From NCBI GenBank assembly GCA_964106915.2, contig OZ066915.1: a stretch of 64,000 nt of DNA; one strand, written 5' to 3'. The DNA comes from Podarcis gaigeae (Eukaryota). A program made the translations under genes and the position numbers. Shown piece by piece: positions 1 to 12,900 of this stretch; the stretch's first letter is position 1; every line of letters starts with the position of its first letter. Below the pieces are notes generated by a model that was given only the letters and a program-made list of their open reading frames with translations, was not told the DNA's origin and did no database searches.

Positions 1-45
1 TCCCCCAAAGAATTGTGGGAAGTGTAGTTTGTTAAGGATGCATAG

Positions 46-351
46 CAGGGCCATCTTACCCATAGGCACTAGAGGTCTGGGGCACCTGGGCGCTGGACTT
101 TCAGGGGTGCCAGGCCGAGAGTCCGGGGCCTGAGAGTTAAGTCTGGGGAAGAGCCCGCCCATCGGTCGGAGCACTGCGGTGGGCTCTTCTGCTGGTGGCT
201 CTGCACCACGAGTTCGGGGGCGACCGAGCCAGCGAGACGCTGAGGCAGCTGGCTGGCTCCACCCTCCTGCGTGCCTGGAATTGGGCACCGGGGGGGGGGG
301 CGCCGGGCGGATCTTTGCACCCTGGCACCGCATATGCTTAAGACAGCCTTG
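46..351. mobile_element. Non-autonomous hAT-type element nested in an older palindromic lizard MITE (host ~1-45 and 352-590)
   Basis: TIRs CAGGGCCATCTTA / TAAGACAGCCTTG. Imperfect 8-bp TSD atgcatag / atgctgag. GC-rich interior. Confidence 0.7.
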
Positions 352-1380
352 ATGCTGAGTGGCCTTAGCAGATCCTAATTTTCTTCCCAGGACAACAATT
401 CCCAGCGTTCCCTGGGAAGAGAACTTGATTTAACTCTATGAAAGGACTCTATGAAAGGACCAAGGGGTCTCCTAACCATTCTCAGTGCAATTAATTAACT
501 CTCAGTGTAATTAATTAATGTATTAATTACACTCCCCAGGATACTTTGGGGGAAAGCCATGACTGTTTAAAGTGATAAGATGCTGCTTTAAATCTCCAAG
601 GCAAGAGTGAGCCTTTCAACCTCGCCGTCAAGCTTTTCCCGGACTCTTCCTGCTTCATTCTAGCTGCTCTGCTACTCAAATACGAAATGGTTAGATTCCG
701 TGGGTGGAGAGTTGAATCACCAGCTGCTTTGTAAGTTACCTTATCACATATCTTCAGGGCACTTCCCTGTGAATCTTAAACAAGAGTTTAAGAGTCAATT
801 ACCATGGAAGAAGTGTACAAGTACAACAGCAACAGTTGACTGGGCACAGGGGCCTGCATTGTTTATATCAAATTGCTGTAACTTTCAAGCTCCACCAGCA
901 CCGTAAGAGAGGTTATGTGACAGGAGAGGCTGTGAATGCCAAGAAATAAGGAAACTGTGAGTCTGTTATTCTGTAGATCTTAGCTGGGTTGTTGGATAGT
1001 GTGCTAGACACAGAAGTGTTGTAAAAAGGCAGTTGATAATAGCATAACTCTATACGTAGTATACACCGGAGTTTATTTTTTATACCTAGGACTTCTTTGT
1101 AGTTTGTTGTTATATAACTATGGAGAATTGAGTAAGGAGTGTTGGACTCTTTCCTGACTGATTCATTTCAGAGAAATCATTAGGGGGACACATCTTCATC
1201 CCTGTAAATTGGGACAGGGGAAAAACGTTTACTAGCTCAACAGCCACTTTGCATTGAGGACAGCCTTTTGGGGACCACATGACAATAGTGGCTGGGAGGC
1301 AGGATCGGAGGCAAAAGTGGGTGGCGCAAAGGATGTGACTCACCTAGGGATGATGGAGAATTCCATTGGAAATGGAAATA

Positions 1381-1619
1381 CAGTGGTACCTTGGTTTTTG
1401 AGCGTCTCGGAAATCAAAAATTTCGGCTTTCGAACACCGAAAACCTGGAAGTAACTGCTTCGGTTTTCGAATGCTTTTCAGAAGCCAAACATGCCACATA
1501 GCTTCGGTATTGAGTTTTCGGGATGTAAATGCTTCCGGAAATGCATGCTTCAGTTTTCGAACGTCAGAAGTTGAAAGGTCTTCTGGAATAGATTACGTTT
1601 GAAAACCGAGGTTCCACTG
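1381..1619. mobile_element. Tc1/mariner (Tigger/pogo-like) MITE, family A
   Basis: TA-flanked TIRs CAGTGGTACCTTGGTTTTTGA / GAAAACCGAGGTTCCACTG. Related copy at ~44370-44603. Confidence 0.8.
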
Positions 1620-1766
1620 TAGAAGCAGAGATTGCCACAATCGGCCTGTTTGCCCAAGGTCAGAAATAGAAACTGTGCATATAAGTGGTATCCACTATCT
1701 TTCTTAAGTACATTATATTTCTTTAATATATTGCTTCCTGCATTGTTTTGATACTTCCCTTGCATT

Positions 1767-1866
1767 CTGAAATCCTGGACAGCTGCTGCCAAGTGAGAGT
1801 AGACAATGTTAATCTGGATGGACCAATGGTCCTCCTTGTTATAAGGCAGCTTCCTGTGTTTCTTTA
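1767..1866 (+). mobile_element. 3' half of tRNA-derived SINE (Squam2-like)
   Basis: ctgaaatcctggacagctgctgcc..gtagacaatg..gatggaccaatggtc..ataaggcagcttcctgtg, shared with copies at 17928 and 20611. Confidence 0.6.
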
Positions 1867-4270
1867 GCATGTTTGAGAGTCATAGAGCTTCCATTCCAAT
1901 ATATCAATCAATTTTACAACTGTGCAAGTATTATTGTCCCCATATTGGCAGTGGAGTGAGCGATGGTGATTTACTTAAGGCTCCCTAGTGAGTTCATGGC
2001 AGGAGCAAAATGCAAACCATGAACTTCCTGACTCTCATTGCAATCTCTCAGACACTTTGATGCACCACTCAACACCACATAAAGCTAAGGATCTGAAATC
2101 CCAACTGTAGTTTTGCCTTCAGTCAGGCAGAGCTTCTGAATTTAAACTGGTGCAGGCAAGACAGAATATTCAACAAATGTGGATTTCCGTCTTTTTTGCC
2201 ATCCCATAAGAGCAAACTGGAAAGATGTCAGAGTGCATATTCAGCCACTTTTTTTGCTGAAAAGGTTGTGGAATGATTTTTGAAACTACAATGTGAATAT
2301 TTGCCAGAGGAATCCTGTGCAAGTCCCACTCTGTTCAATAGAGTTTACTTCTAGGTAAGTGCATATAGGGTTGCAGTCTCAAAAATGAACAACATAAAAC
2401 TTCTTTTTAAAATGGTTGTGGGGAGGCAATCCAGTTGCTGCAGTTATACAAACAAGCTATGAAGCAGCACGCCATACTTGGGATTGGCCTTATTTCTGGG
2501 AAGGAGACGTGCAGGCTTTCATTGCATTTATCTTTTTAAAGCCTCTAATACCTAATTAAAAAATTAATCTGTGAGCTGTGTCCAGCTTCTCCTGGCAAAA
2601 TCCCCACTGACCTCTATGGCAGTGGGATTGGATTCCGTGGCTCGCATGTTCAGTGTTTTGTCTGTCCCTTAAGCTTGTATTACAAGGGAGGTTCGCATGC
2701 AATCAGGCTCTTTGTTCTTAATAGTTCATCTGCTTCTGCTGTTTCACCCCAGGGCAGGTGCGCTGAAGTTCAATGAACCCTGATGCTGAAGGAAATCGCT
2801 ATTTATATAAGCCTCTATTCATCCAAGCTATAGGGAGAAGCAAAGGTGCTTCCATGATCAATGTTCTGGCTTTTTAACCTAGGAAAGAGAAGTTTACTTT
2901 GTTCTTTCACCATGAGCTTCTTGGGTGAGCTCAGGGTTAGACGTGTAACAAAGATTTTTGCGGAACGCTAATGTTGCTTTAGTTACTTAAGATTCAAAGA
3001 TTTGCTGCACCAGTGCTCACCCAGAGGCATTGTAGCCACTGTGCCAACGTAACGCCAGAAATTACAGCATCAATCTGGAATTTGCCGGTATAATAAGGCA
3101 ATACAGAGGGTGACATGTTATATTCCTGTGAGCATAACTGAACTTTCCCAAAATCTGAAGGCTAATCTTAAAGGGCTGTTATCTGCAGAGTGGTAAATGA
3201 ACGGTAGGCAGTTGCATGAGTGAAACAGAGCCAGAGGCTCTTATGTGGCATAATGCATAATAAATACAGCTATTGAAATGGGTCTCTAGTTGAGCATGTT
3301 ACGAACCACAGTTTCAGTTGCTTTTTGTCTGAAGAAAAATAGCTGAACTTATGCGACATGGGGCATCTTAACCATCATAAATTGCTTACCGCAGATCTTA
3401 AACCCGAGACCTACATAGTATTAGAGATCTAACTAGTGTACCATCACACTGAGCTCTGCCCAAAACAAAGAATCATGGGGTGTGGAGAGGTTATATATGT
3501 GGGAGTCATCCAAGCAGCGCATTGGCCAGAACAGGTCATGTGGCATAGTCTGTTCTCTCTAAGAACATCCTTGTTAGACCAGAATAATGGTCAATTCTCC
3601 CTTAATAGCATCTTTATTATAACATTTGGTTAATGTATAGAGAATAATTTGATTCCTGTCAGGAAAGTGAAATGTCACAAATCTGCAGGTGTCTAATTTC
3701 CTATTGCCTTGAGCATTAAAAGAAACAACAATCCACAACAATCCTATGTATGTTTACTCAGAAGTATTCCACATTGAGTTTGATAGGGCTTACTCAAAAG
3801 TTAGGGGTATAGGATAGCAGCAATTAAAACATTTTCATTCACAAACTTTGGGAGAGTCGGTGAAAGCAATCATTAAGGACCCTTTTCAGAGGACAATGTT
3901 TAACTAGCATTTAATTGGGGCCTGTTGTCTGATCTTTATCTACTGCATTCACCATATTAGCATCGCTGTATGCAAGCAGGACTTAGAACAAAGCACATCT
4001 TCAGTGCTATAGCTCAGTACTGGAAGCTGCAAAGTAATATGAAAAGAATTCACCTGATCATAAACAAAGTGCTTTTTTTCAGCCCACCAGTGAATGTACT
4101 TCAAGGGAAAGGGGGCAGGTTTTAGAGCAGGAATAGTGAGCCTGTGTTCTTGCGAATGAGATTGGACTCCAACTCACATCAGCCTCAAGCATTGGTCAAT
4201 TAAATTTTACCCATTGGAATAGACTTAACTTAATCATGCTCATTACTTTCAGGGGATCTACTCTGAGCAA

Positions 4271-4518
4271 CCTAGCAGTTCGAGAGCATGTCAAAGTGCA
4301 AGTAGATAGATAGGTACTGCTCTGGCGGGAAGGTAAACGGCATTTCCGTGCACTGCTCTGGTTTCGCCAGAAGCAGCTTAGTCATGCTGGCCACATGACC
4401 TGGAAAAACTGTCTGTGGACAAACATCGGCTCCCTCGGCCCGTAAAGCGAGATGAGTGCCACAACCAGAGTCGTTTGCTACTGGACTTAACTGTCAGGGG
4501 TCCTTTACCTTTACCTTT
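4271..4518 (+). mobile_element. Sauria SINE, 5'-truncated
   Basis: Body gcaagtagatgaataggtac..gggaaggtaaacgg and (ACCTTT)n tail. Perfect 12-bp TSD TACTCTGAGCAA (4259-4270 / 4519-4530). Confidence 0.9.
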
Positions 4519-4571
4519 TACTCTGAGCAAAGCCTAGCTGAATACCACCCATTGTTTCCACTTTACACTTA

Positions 4572-4813
4572 CAGTGGTACCTTGGGTTAAGTACTTAATT
4601 CGTTCCGGAGGTCCGTTCTTAACCTGAAACTGTTCTTAACCTGAAGCACCACTTTAGCTAATGGGGCCTCATGCTGCTGCCACGCTGCCAGAGCACAATT
4701 TCTGTTCTCATCCTGAAGCAAAGTTCTTAACCCGAGGTACTATTTCTGGGTTAGTGGAGTCTGTAACCTGAATCATATGTAACCTGAAGCGTATGTAACC
4801 CGAGGTACCTCTG
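4572..4813 (+). mobile_element. Tc1/mariner MITE, family B
   Basis: TA-flanked TIRs CAGTGGTACCTTGGGTTA / TAACCCGAGGTACCTCTG with repeated TAACCTGA subterminal motifs. Four copies in the window. Confidence 0.85.
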
Positions 4814-4971
4814 TACAGGTTTGTTGTGTAGTTATATGACTTGTTTCAGCATCCCTATGTATTTAAATGAGACAGCAAACATGACCCTTTAGACGGTGGG
4901 TGAAAGCAGCCAAGCTTTTTTGTTGATGTGGGGGTTATACTGTTTGCCATTTCAGACCAGGCTATGCAACT

Positions 4972-4974
<3 letters not shown>

Positions 4975-5009
<35 letters not shown>
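4975..5009. repeat. (GT)n microsatellite
   Basis: Direct reading. Confidence 0.95.
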
Positions 5010-5015
<6 letters not shown>

Positions 5016-5637
5016 CAGTGACCTGTCAGAGAAAGAATTAACGTGATCAGTCTGACAACCCAGAGGAATCCAGAAATTAAGAATTAAGCCCTTGGCCTCA
5101 GGCAGCCCTCTTCTCACCAGACATCCTCAGTTTTGTGGCATCTGGATGTCTAGGCAGGTTTACATCTGACTTGCCTTGCTCTTTACAAGCCAAAGGCAGA
5201 TTCTTAGCATTATTTAAACATAAGATCTTGAGTATTTTATTTCCTCTGTGGTAGCCTTTAAAAAGTAAACAAGAGGAAATGAGGTTACATAATAGTTGAC
5301 ATTTAGCAGTGTAAACCATTTTCTCTCCGGCTTCCCAAGTACTACCGCAAGAGCGCTGGCAGACAATCAGGCGAAACTATCAGCATGACTGAGGAAGGGA
5401 CAAAAAAACCCCCAAAACAAAACAAGGCTCTCTAGGAAGCAAGTCCTATTGGACTTGATGGCACTTACTTCTGAGTAAACATCTTCATTTCACAGACAGG
5501 CTAAATTACTGTCCCAGGATTTGAGTCAGTACCTGCCAAGGCCTTCACGCCAGCCTTGTTTGTCTGACGTGGTTCCTGAATGTCACCCAGACAGCTCAGA
5601 ATGCTGTAGAGTACATGAAGTGTGTCCCACTTGATGT

Positions 5638-5776
5638 TCACAACAACCCTGTGATGTAGTTTTGTTCAGTGTGTGCGATTGGCCATGGCTGCCCAATGAG
5701 CTTCATAGCTGAATGTGGATTTGAACTCAATTTAAGCCAGCCACTCTCAAACTCTTTAACCACTATGCCACACTGT
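5638..5776 (-). mobile_element. MIR/Squam3-like SINE remnant
   Basis: cacaacaaccctgtga..cccaatgagcttcatagctgaatgtggatttgaactc..taaccactatgccacactg, typical antisense CORE-SINE pattern. Confidence 0.55.
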
Positions 5777-6361
5777 CTTTCTCAAAAACTAATTGTGCTC
5801 AAAAATAGCTGCAGCTGCTGCACTTACTCATATTCATACTATGCATTTAACAGCTGCACAGTGACAATACAATTCAAGAGAATGACACCTGCCATAAAGA
5901 TAGTCACAATAAAATCAAAAGAGCCAAGGATTTGGAGGAATGAGGCAAAAAAGGAAGAGGAAGTAGTAGAAGGAGTTCCAATTTGTGGATTGATTTCTGC
6001 TACTACATTGGCTGATGGATCTAGTTGTTTGGTCCTTAAGCTGACTTGGATTTATGCTTAAGCCCTTGTGTCCAAATTGCGAAATAAAAATGGAACTGTC
6101 ATCTGAAATATTTGATGTTTTTTGAAATCTGGGATTTAACTTGACAGCTCAACGCTTTCCCTTTAAATTACATTGATACCACACTTCCGATATGAAAGCC
6201 AGCAGCGATGTCACACTTGTCACTGTGATTTATGGGTCAAGTGTTCAAGTTAGACAGAGACATCTTTTCCCAGAATAAACACATGTACTTAATAACGCAA
6301 GATACCTCTTGCTCATAGGGACCGGAGGCTGTCCTGTGCTCTGGACACGAGTGATACCCAC

Positions 6362-6472
6362 CTCTCTTTCTCTTTCCATATTGTGTACCACTTAAGTAAT
6401 CTTTTGGTACTCGGGAGTTTGGGATGCAAGCAGTACTGGTGGCCACCTCGGAATCGGGATTTCATTGTGACT
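6362..6472 (-). CDS. CXCL14: CXCL14 coding exon 3 ([37 protein letters not shown], 111 bp)
   Basis: Acceptor tgtctttcctttcag, donor AG|GTGGGT. CLHPKL.STKR..KWY..W.EK matches human CXCL14. Phase 2 in and phase 2 out. Confidence 0.97.
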
Positions 6473-7268
6473 CTGAAAGGAAAGACAAGTTGTGAAGATG
6501 GAGCTGCCGTAATAATGTTAACAAATATGGATTCTTAACAGAACGATAGCTAGCAGTCTAATCCTAAGAGAATGTTATATAGCACTGGTCCCCCATCTCC
6601 CCCACCCCATCCTGCAGTGTGTTACATACATGCCATATTGTTGTTTGCTGCACTAATGCCTCCAATCCCAGTTGGTTGGGGTGGATGTGATGTCATGGAA
6701 TGTTTATGGACATTCCAACTCTGAATAGGGCTGTCTCATTTGAAGTCCATTTGGAAGCCCATGCATTGCGAACAGATTGTCAGTGTCATTGAGCTTCGAC
6801 AGCACCCATCACCTGCTGGAGGGGAGAAAAGCAAGACTGGATACAGTCTTCTTCCTGCCAGAATGGCAAGCAGCTGACTAGACCAACTATTTGTTGGCTG
6901 GGGAATGTACAAGAATAGGACGCCATCAAGCATGGGTCATCAATGGCACAATTCCAGGTGGCTAAATGGATTATTTTTCACTAAGAGTAGATTGAGGCAA
7001 CCATGTGCTGCTTGGAAGCAGCTGCTGGGGCTAGCAAAGTGAATCAAAGTTGATCTCTGGGGATCTAGTGAGCCTTTTTGGTGTCACAGCTGTCAGAAGA
7101 TTCTCAGGGTTGCCACACCCTCTTGGGGTGGCCACTTGTGCATGCATGGCCTAAGAAGAGAACTTGCATCACCATGAAAGAGGACCCCAAGCTCCATAAA
7201 ATTTGCTCATGGTAATTTGTATGTATGAGTGCAAATAATCACTATAATTTAAAGAATCTCAAAATCCA

Positions 7269-7404
7269 AGAATTGTACAGTTGGAAGGGACCACAAGGAT
7301 CATCTAGTCCAACCCTCTTCAATGGAGGAATCTTTTTGCACAACATGGGACTCACACCCATGACTCTGAGATTAAGAGTCTCATGCTCTACCAACTGAGC
7401 TATC
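7269..7404 (-). mobile_element. tRNA-Lys(CTT)-derived SINE with CR1-type 3' tail
   Basis: Reverse complement gatagctcagttggtagagcatgagactcttaatctcag.. matches tRNA-Lys(CTT), followed by ggttggactagatgatcc..cccttccaact tail. Confidence 0.8.
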
Positions 7405-8310
7405 AGAAGACCCCAGCGGATGTGTGTGTGTGCCTGCTCAGTCTGCTGCCCAGATGGTCATTGTCAAGGTTTATAGACTACTTCAAGGCTCCTGCTCCCC
7501 CTTTTTATGTGGTTTCTTATTTTTAAATGAACGTCAGATAAACAGACCTTCAAAACAGAGGACTGCCCTCTGACACATGGTCACCCTATATCCATACAAG
7601 CAGCCCATTAATTTCATTGGGTTTGGCAAAGCTGTGAAGCTTTCCATGTCATGTTTAGTCTTTGCCTGGCCAACAATAAATTTGTCTTGCATCAGCCAGA
7701 CATTCGCTCTCTTCCTTTACTTTGCAGTATAATGACTTTCCTTCCAGTCTGTTCAGACCTCAGGGTATTGTGTCCCCAGCGTTCCAGCTTTTCTTTCTTG
7801 TCTATGTCTGCAAAAGGTTCAGCTTTCCAACACAGTCTTACACTGAGTCAGCTAAATAATTATCCCACTCTCCTATTTTCAGACCTGATTAGCAACAGCT
7901 TTTATATCTACCGCTCCAGGATTTCAAATATATCTAGATATATATTTCCCAGCTGTACTCCTTAAAATTCCTTACCTGAGATGGAATGTGGAATATTTTA
8001 ATGGCAAAGCCATGCAAACAAGCAATGACTGACAGAACACAATGTTCTGACTACGTAAAGTCTGATGCATTTTTTAAAAGGATTTTAATCGCTTTTGGGT
8101 TGTTGTTTTTTATTACCACAACGACTCCAGAAAAATCTAGCAGTTGTTAACAAATCTCTTGTTGTTTCTTTGAAAAGAATGGGATTCCAGTCAAAATGAA
8201 GAAAATGATCGTGTCATGACGGTTTCTTCATGAAAAGTTTGTTTCTGAAATACTGCAATAATTCTACATGCAGAAATGTGGGAGGAGATTGTTAGGAAAG
8301 GCTGCCACAC

Positions 8311-8312
<2 letters not shown>

Positions 8313-8379
<67 letters not shown>

Positions 8380-8381
8380 TC
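8313..8381. repeat. (CT)n(CTTT)n compound microsatellite
   Basis: Direct reading. Confidence 0.95.
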
Positions 8382-9840
8382 AATACTGATAATAACAACT
8401 AAATTTATGTAACATTTAAGAGGTGGCTCTTGCAGCAGTTTGCAAATTTAGTCAAAACTCCCACTCCGTGCTGCAACAAAGTGCAACCAAACACACAAAA
8501 ACATTCCTGGTTCAGTCTCTTCTACGCTAATTTCCTTCAGAGCAGCGTTGCAGTTTCAAACATTTAAAAGAAAAGGAGAAAGGGAAAGGAGGAGGAGATA
8601 TACTGAGAGAGAACAAACTTTTAGGGCTGTGAAAATGTATCTGAAATATTGAACAACGTCAGCTGTTCTTGAAAAAGATGAGAAGGGAGAGTTTTGCACT
8701 CTGGACCTTGTTTCATATCTAGAGCTCCACTCCCAAGCGGGCTTAACTGTGTGTGTTTTCTTGATGATTTTTCAGGGAGAGTGTAAAGTTTCTCTAATGG
8801 GCATTTCATTTATGTTTGTACCTCACGGCTTCTGCCTTTTCATTTGGCTGCCAAATCTGGCTGAGCTTCTAAAGGTCTGGAGCACACGTCTCTCCCATAC
8901 CCATCCTGGAGAAGCTTGCTATTGTTTTTTCCTTGACGGCCTTTCAGCGTCCTTCTACTGCTGGCATCTTGTTTGTGAGAGCATACTGCTGTTTGGTTTT
9001 CCCATCAGGCAGGCAAACTCCGAGGCCCAGACTCCAGTCCTTGGCAGCCAAGGCTTGGGCAGGAAAGCCTCGCACTGCTTTTGTTATGCTGATGCACGTT
9101 TCTGAACTCTTTGTCAGCCCTGGGTTACTGATGTAATGGAGACATAACTGTGTATGCGAGCTGACTGGGAAACTGCTACCTCCGCACCTTGTGGGAGTTT
9201 GCTAATTTGTAAGGACCTGTCAGGAAAGGAGGTCACTGGCACATCGGTCCACATGGAGGGAGGGTGGAACACCCATTTCCTGGTGTTCACATAGAAACTC
9301 TGGCTCATATTTTTGGACGGAGGAAAGAGAGAGCAAAAAGGGAGGGGTGGCCTTCTTCCTTGGCGATGGAGTGAACGGTCTGGCCTGCTATTCCAGTACA
9401 CAAGGTAGGAAGAAAATTCTGCATCCCCACCTTCCTCTTGGCTGGCTCAGCCACTCCTTTTTCTGGCCCAGTTTTTCCCACTAAGCTACAATACCAGCCA
9501 TACCAATGAATTACTGTCCTGAACTTGCCAGTTCTTCCTGGGAGTTTCTGAAGGCAATTTTCTCTCACCATCCGAGGACCACCTGAGTCTCCATCACATG
9601 CTCTTGGGTTTGTTGCCCTCCTAGGACTATGCATGAGACGAAGGAAGCTCAGAAATTCAGTTTTCTTCTGTCCAGCCTCCAACACTCATTGGCCATGGAC
9701 TTCTAAATTGCAACCACTGCTATGCTGCTACTTTGAATGTGATGTAGCTGCATATATTGGCACCACCCTATGTTTCTATATCTACAGGAGGCGGTTCTGA
9801 ACTCCCATCAGCTCCAGGCAACATGGTCCAACAACATCAT

Positions 9841-9983
9841 GCTCAGCAAGTAGAGCAGAAGAGACTCTTAATCTCAGGGTTGTCAGTGTGAGACCCACAC
9901 TGAGCAAAATATTCCTGCATTACAGGGTGTGCACCAGATAACCCTTGCGGTCCCTTCCAACTCTACAATTCTGTTCCTATGAT
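9841..9983 (+). mobile_element. tRNA-Lys-derived SINE with CR1-type tail
   Basis: gctcag..tagagc..gagactcttaatctcagggtt..ttcctgcattac..gtcccttccaactctacaattct. Confidence 0.75.
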
Positions 9984-12900
9984 CATGTTCAGGGATGATG
10001 GAAATTATAGTCCAACACTATGTAGAGCACAGAACACTTGATGTATGGAATGCTATTTCCAGAGGCAGTATACCCTGATTACCAAATCCTAGGGGGAAAT
10101 AGTAGTGAACAAAAAATGAACATACTCGCTTTTTATGTACTTCTGGAATATTCTTCCTAGGTAAAACCACCTGGTTGTCTCACTGACTTCTTTCCCCCCT
10201 TATGCAAATATATTTGTTTGTTCAGAAGACATTTCTTGACTGCTTCTTTTACTAACTCTGCTGCTGCAGCAATGATACTATTTATCCAGGCTGAATGTTG
10301 ATTGCATGATTGATGTACTGGTGGGATTTTGTGTTATAATTGTGCTTTTGTGATGCTTCCTGGATTTTAATATTTTTAATTGTGCATTTGGCAGAAAATG
10401 TGCCTCATACGATTTTAAAGAAACAAGGGTTTGCTGTTGAATCCTGAAACTCTGAATCCACCTGAGTTCAGCTCTTGCAGAATCTTAGTGCATTACGGCA
10501 AACCTGTTAAACTAGGCTAGATTGAGCCAGGGAGTCATGGAGAAAAGTGCCGGACTCCAGATTGCAGTGGAGAGAAAGTTCACGGAGATAAAACCTTTTC
10601 TTGTGAGTTAGGCATGCATAGGAAATTTTTCTATTGGAGTTCCCCCCGGATTCTGAATTATCTGAAATTGTGTGCAGAGCAGTACTGATACAATAGCAAC
10701 CTTCCATCTTTCTGTTTTTGATTTCTGGATTCCGTTTAGGATTCTGCACACGTACGGTTTTACTCTTTTTCCAGGTTCTGTCTCCCCACTTCCCCTCCCG
10801 CCTTACTGGTTAGCAATCTGCAGAAGCACACATATGTGCATTTATTTAAAAAAGAGCAAAAAAATGAATCTTTATGTTATTGTACAAATACACAAAAAGG
10901 GGGAGTTACAGACTTTAAACTATGAAAACTGTGCATGTGCCAATTCCTAAAATTTATTTTAGAATTATCAACAATAAGCTGGGCAAAATGCAAGGCAGAG
11001 CCGACCTGTTAAAATGAATGGGCAAAATGGAAGAAGGGGTGCCTGCTGATCTCTGTTAGCAGCCAGGCGTGCTGAGGACAGTACATTTGAAGAGAAGAGC
11101 AATGCCAAAAACACAAGCCAGGCAGTTTCAAATAACTAGAATATGGGTGGTGGCGGTGGGGACCTTCTTCCTAAACTATATGAGTATAGTTGTTCAGTTC
11201 ATTCCAATGCAGGAATGTCAGTATATGGATTAACTCATTTATTTCTTATAAAGAGATTTAGCAGAAATGTGTATCTAGTCACTGAAACAGCATTTAAGAA
11301 GTCTGTCCCATATAATGTATTTTGGGATTATGAAAGTGGAAATTATTATTATTTAGAAATATCAACATGGGTGTCAAATCAGTGTCTTGGGCATTATGAG
11401 TTGCATCCAATCATGCAAGCCATAGGATCCTCACACAATCTACCTTTCTCTACCCTTCACCCCCTTTCTCTGTACCCCCCGAAAAGCCTCTGCATCCGAA
11501 CAGTGTAGGCTGTGTCTTATGGGGCTGCAATGAGAGTGGGGATAATCTGGAATCAGGCAGAAGAAGCCTTGATCATTAAGGGAAGTGTAGTCAAATGTGC
11601 TTTGATGGAGAAACAGGTTTCTACTGGGAATGTGCTAATCAGCATAATTGTAAGAAAGCTTTGCCCCATTCAAAATATTTCCAATGTAATCAGGGAATAC
11701 AACATAGTTACAAGCACACACCTCTTTTAGGCTTAAAAGATGCCTGTATCTTTACCCAACATGAGTAAAAGTAGCTGTGGGGAGAGGGGTCAGTGGAGAA
11801 TGGAATAAAAGGAAAGTTCTATAAAGTCCAACATCCAAAAAAAGAATCATAGAACACCATGAAATGTATAACTCTGCCCTGTGAAAAAAAAATCAGATGA
11901 GTTTTGGCAATTTGCTTGGTAGGCTTAGTTTGATCCGAAGAAAAACTATTTGTGCTTCCCACTAGAAAAGCAGATCATGATGTATAGACATGTTTGGAGG
12001 CTTTTATAAAGTTACTATAAAATAGAAGACTTTGCTTTGCCCACAGAGCTTTGCATTAAACTACTGATCACTGGCTAATATGCTTTGCTCTCAATACTTT
12101 ATGAGAACCACTGTAATCAAAACATAGGTTGCCAGGGGTTCAATTTCAAACCAGCTCATCCAAGTGTAGTATGGTTTGCTTTTAGCACATGGTTCACACA
12201 ACAACTGTCCGCCTATCTGACAAGTGTTTTCCATTTTCTTGAACACCTGAGCATTTCTGTCACTGCAACAGAAATCAATGGGCATCAGCTGCTTCCAGTG
12301 TGGAAATAAGTGGTCTATACTGTGGACTCACCCATTGACCTTAAGCCAAGGAGTGCAAAGATGCTATTTCTGGTCATTTTCTTTCATACCAACCATTTCC
12401 CAACCACTGAAAACCATATAATCTTTCTCATTTCTAGGAACATTCCATTCAGCGGCAGATGGAGCAAAGCTAAAAATCAGAATCGGATGGATACACTGGA
12501 GGCCTTAATCTGCTGTCCGTAAAGTGAGTAGATACAGGTCATTAAGTGAGGATTTGTTCCCAGTCACGTTGACTGGTTCTTAACCTCTAGGTGTGTCCCA
12601 ATCCACAATTAGCCACCAGTTGTTTGGCATTGCAGCAGGTTCCCAGAACCTTTCAGTGCAGCGGGCCAGTCCCAGACAACAACAGAGATGTTGTGAGTCC
12701 TGAAAATGGCCATTTCCCCTTTCCATATGCCCACTCCCATGCCCCCCACATTAGATTTACCATTTGGAAGCGACTGAGCTTCTTTCTGGCAACCTTGCTA
12801 TGACTGAGAGGGCTGTTGTGCATAAGGAGGGTTGGGTTGTGTTTCTAGCAGCAGCTGACGCAAACAAGACCCAGTTGTGATGCAACACTGCCTTCTCTCT

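Noticed and set aside
6237-6446. 69-aa ORF overlapping CXCL14 exon 3
   Set aside because: It is a different reading frame of the real exon plus intron sequence.
7330-7404. tRNA-Lys(CTT) gene (also ~9841 and ~35180)
   Set aside because: Mutated acceptor and T arms, and fused to a CR1-like tail, so these are SINE heads and not functional tRNAs.
10507-10749. Minus-strand ORF with a CXC-like motif (EGCYCIST..) inside CXCL14 intron 2, suggesting a duplicated chemokine exon
   Set aside because: No polypyrimidine acceptor before it, third-cysteine spacing and other chemokine residues do not fit, and the true exon 2 is at 14033-14138.
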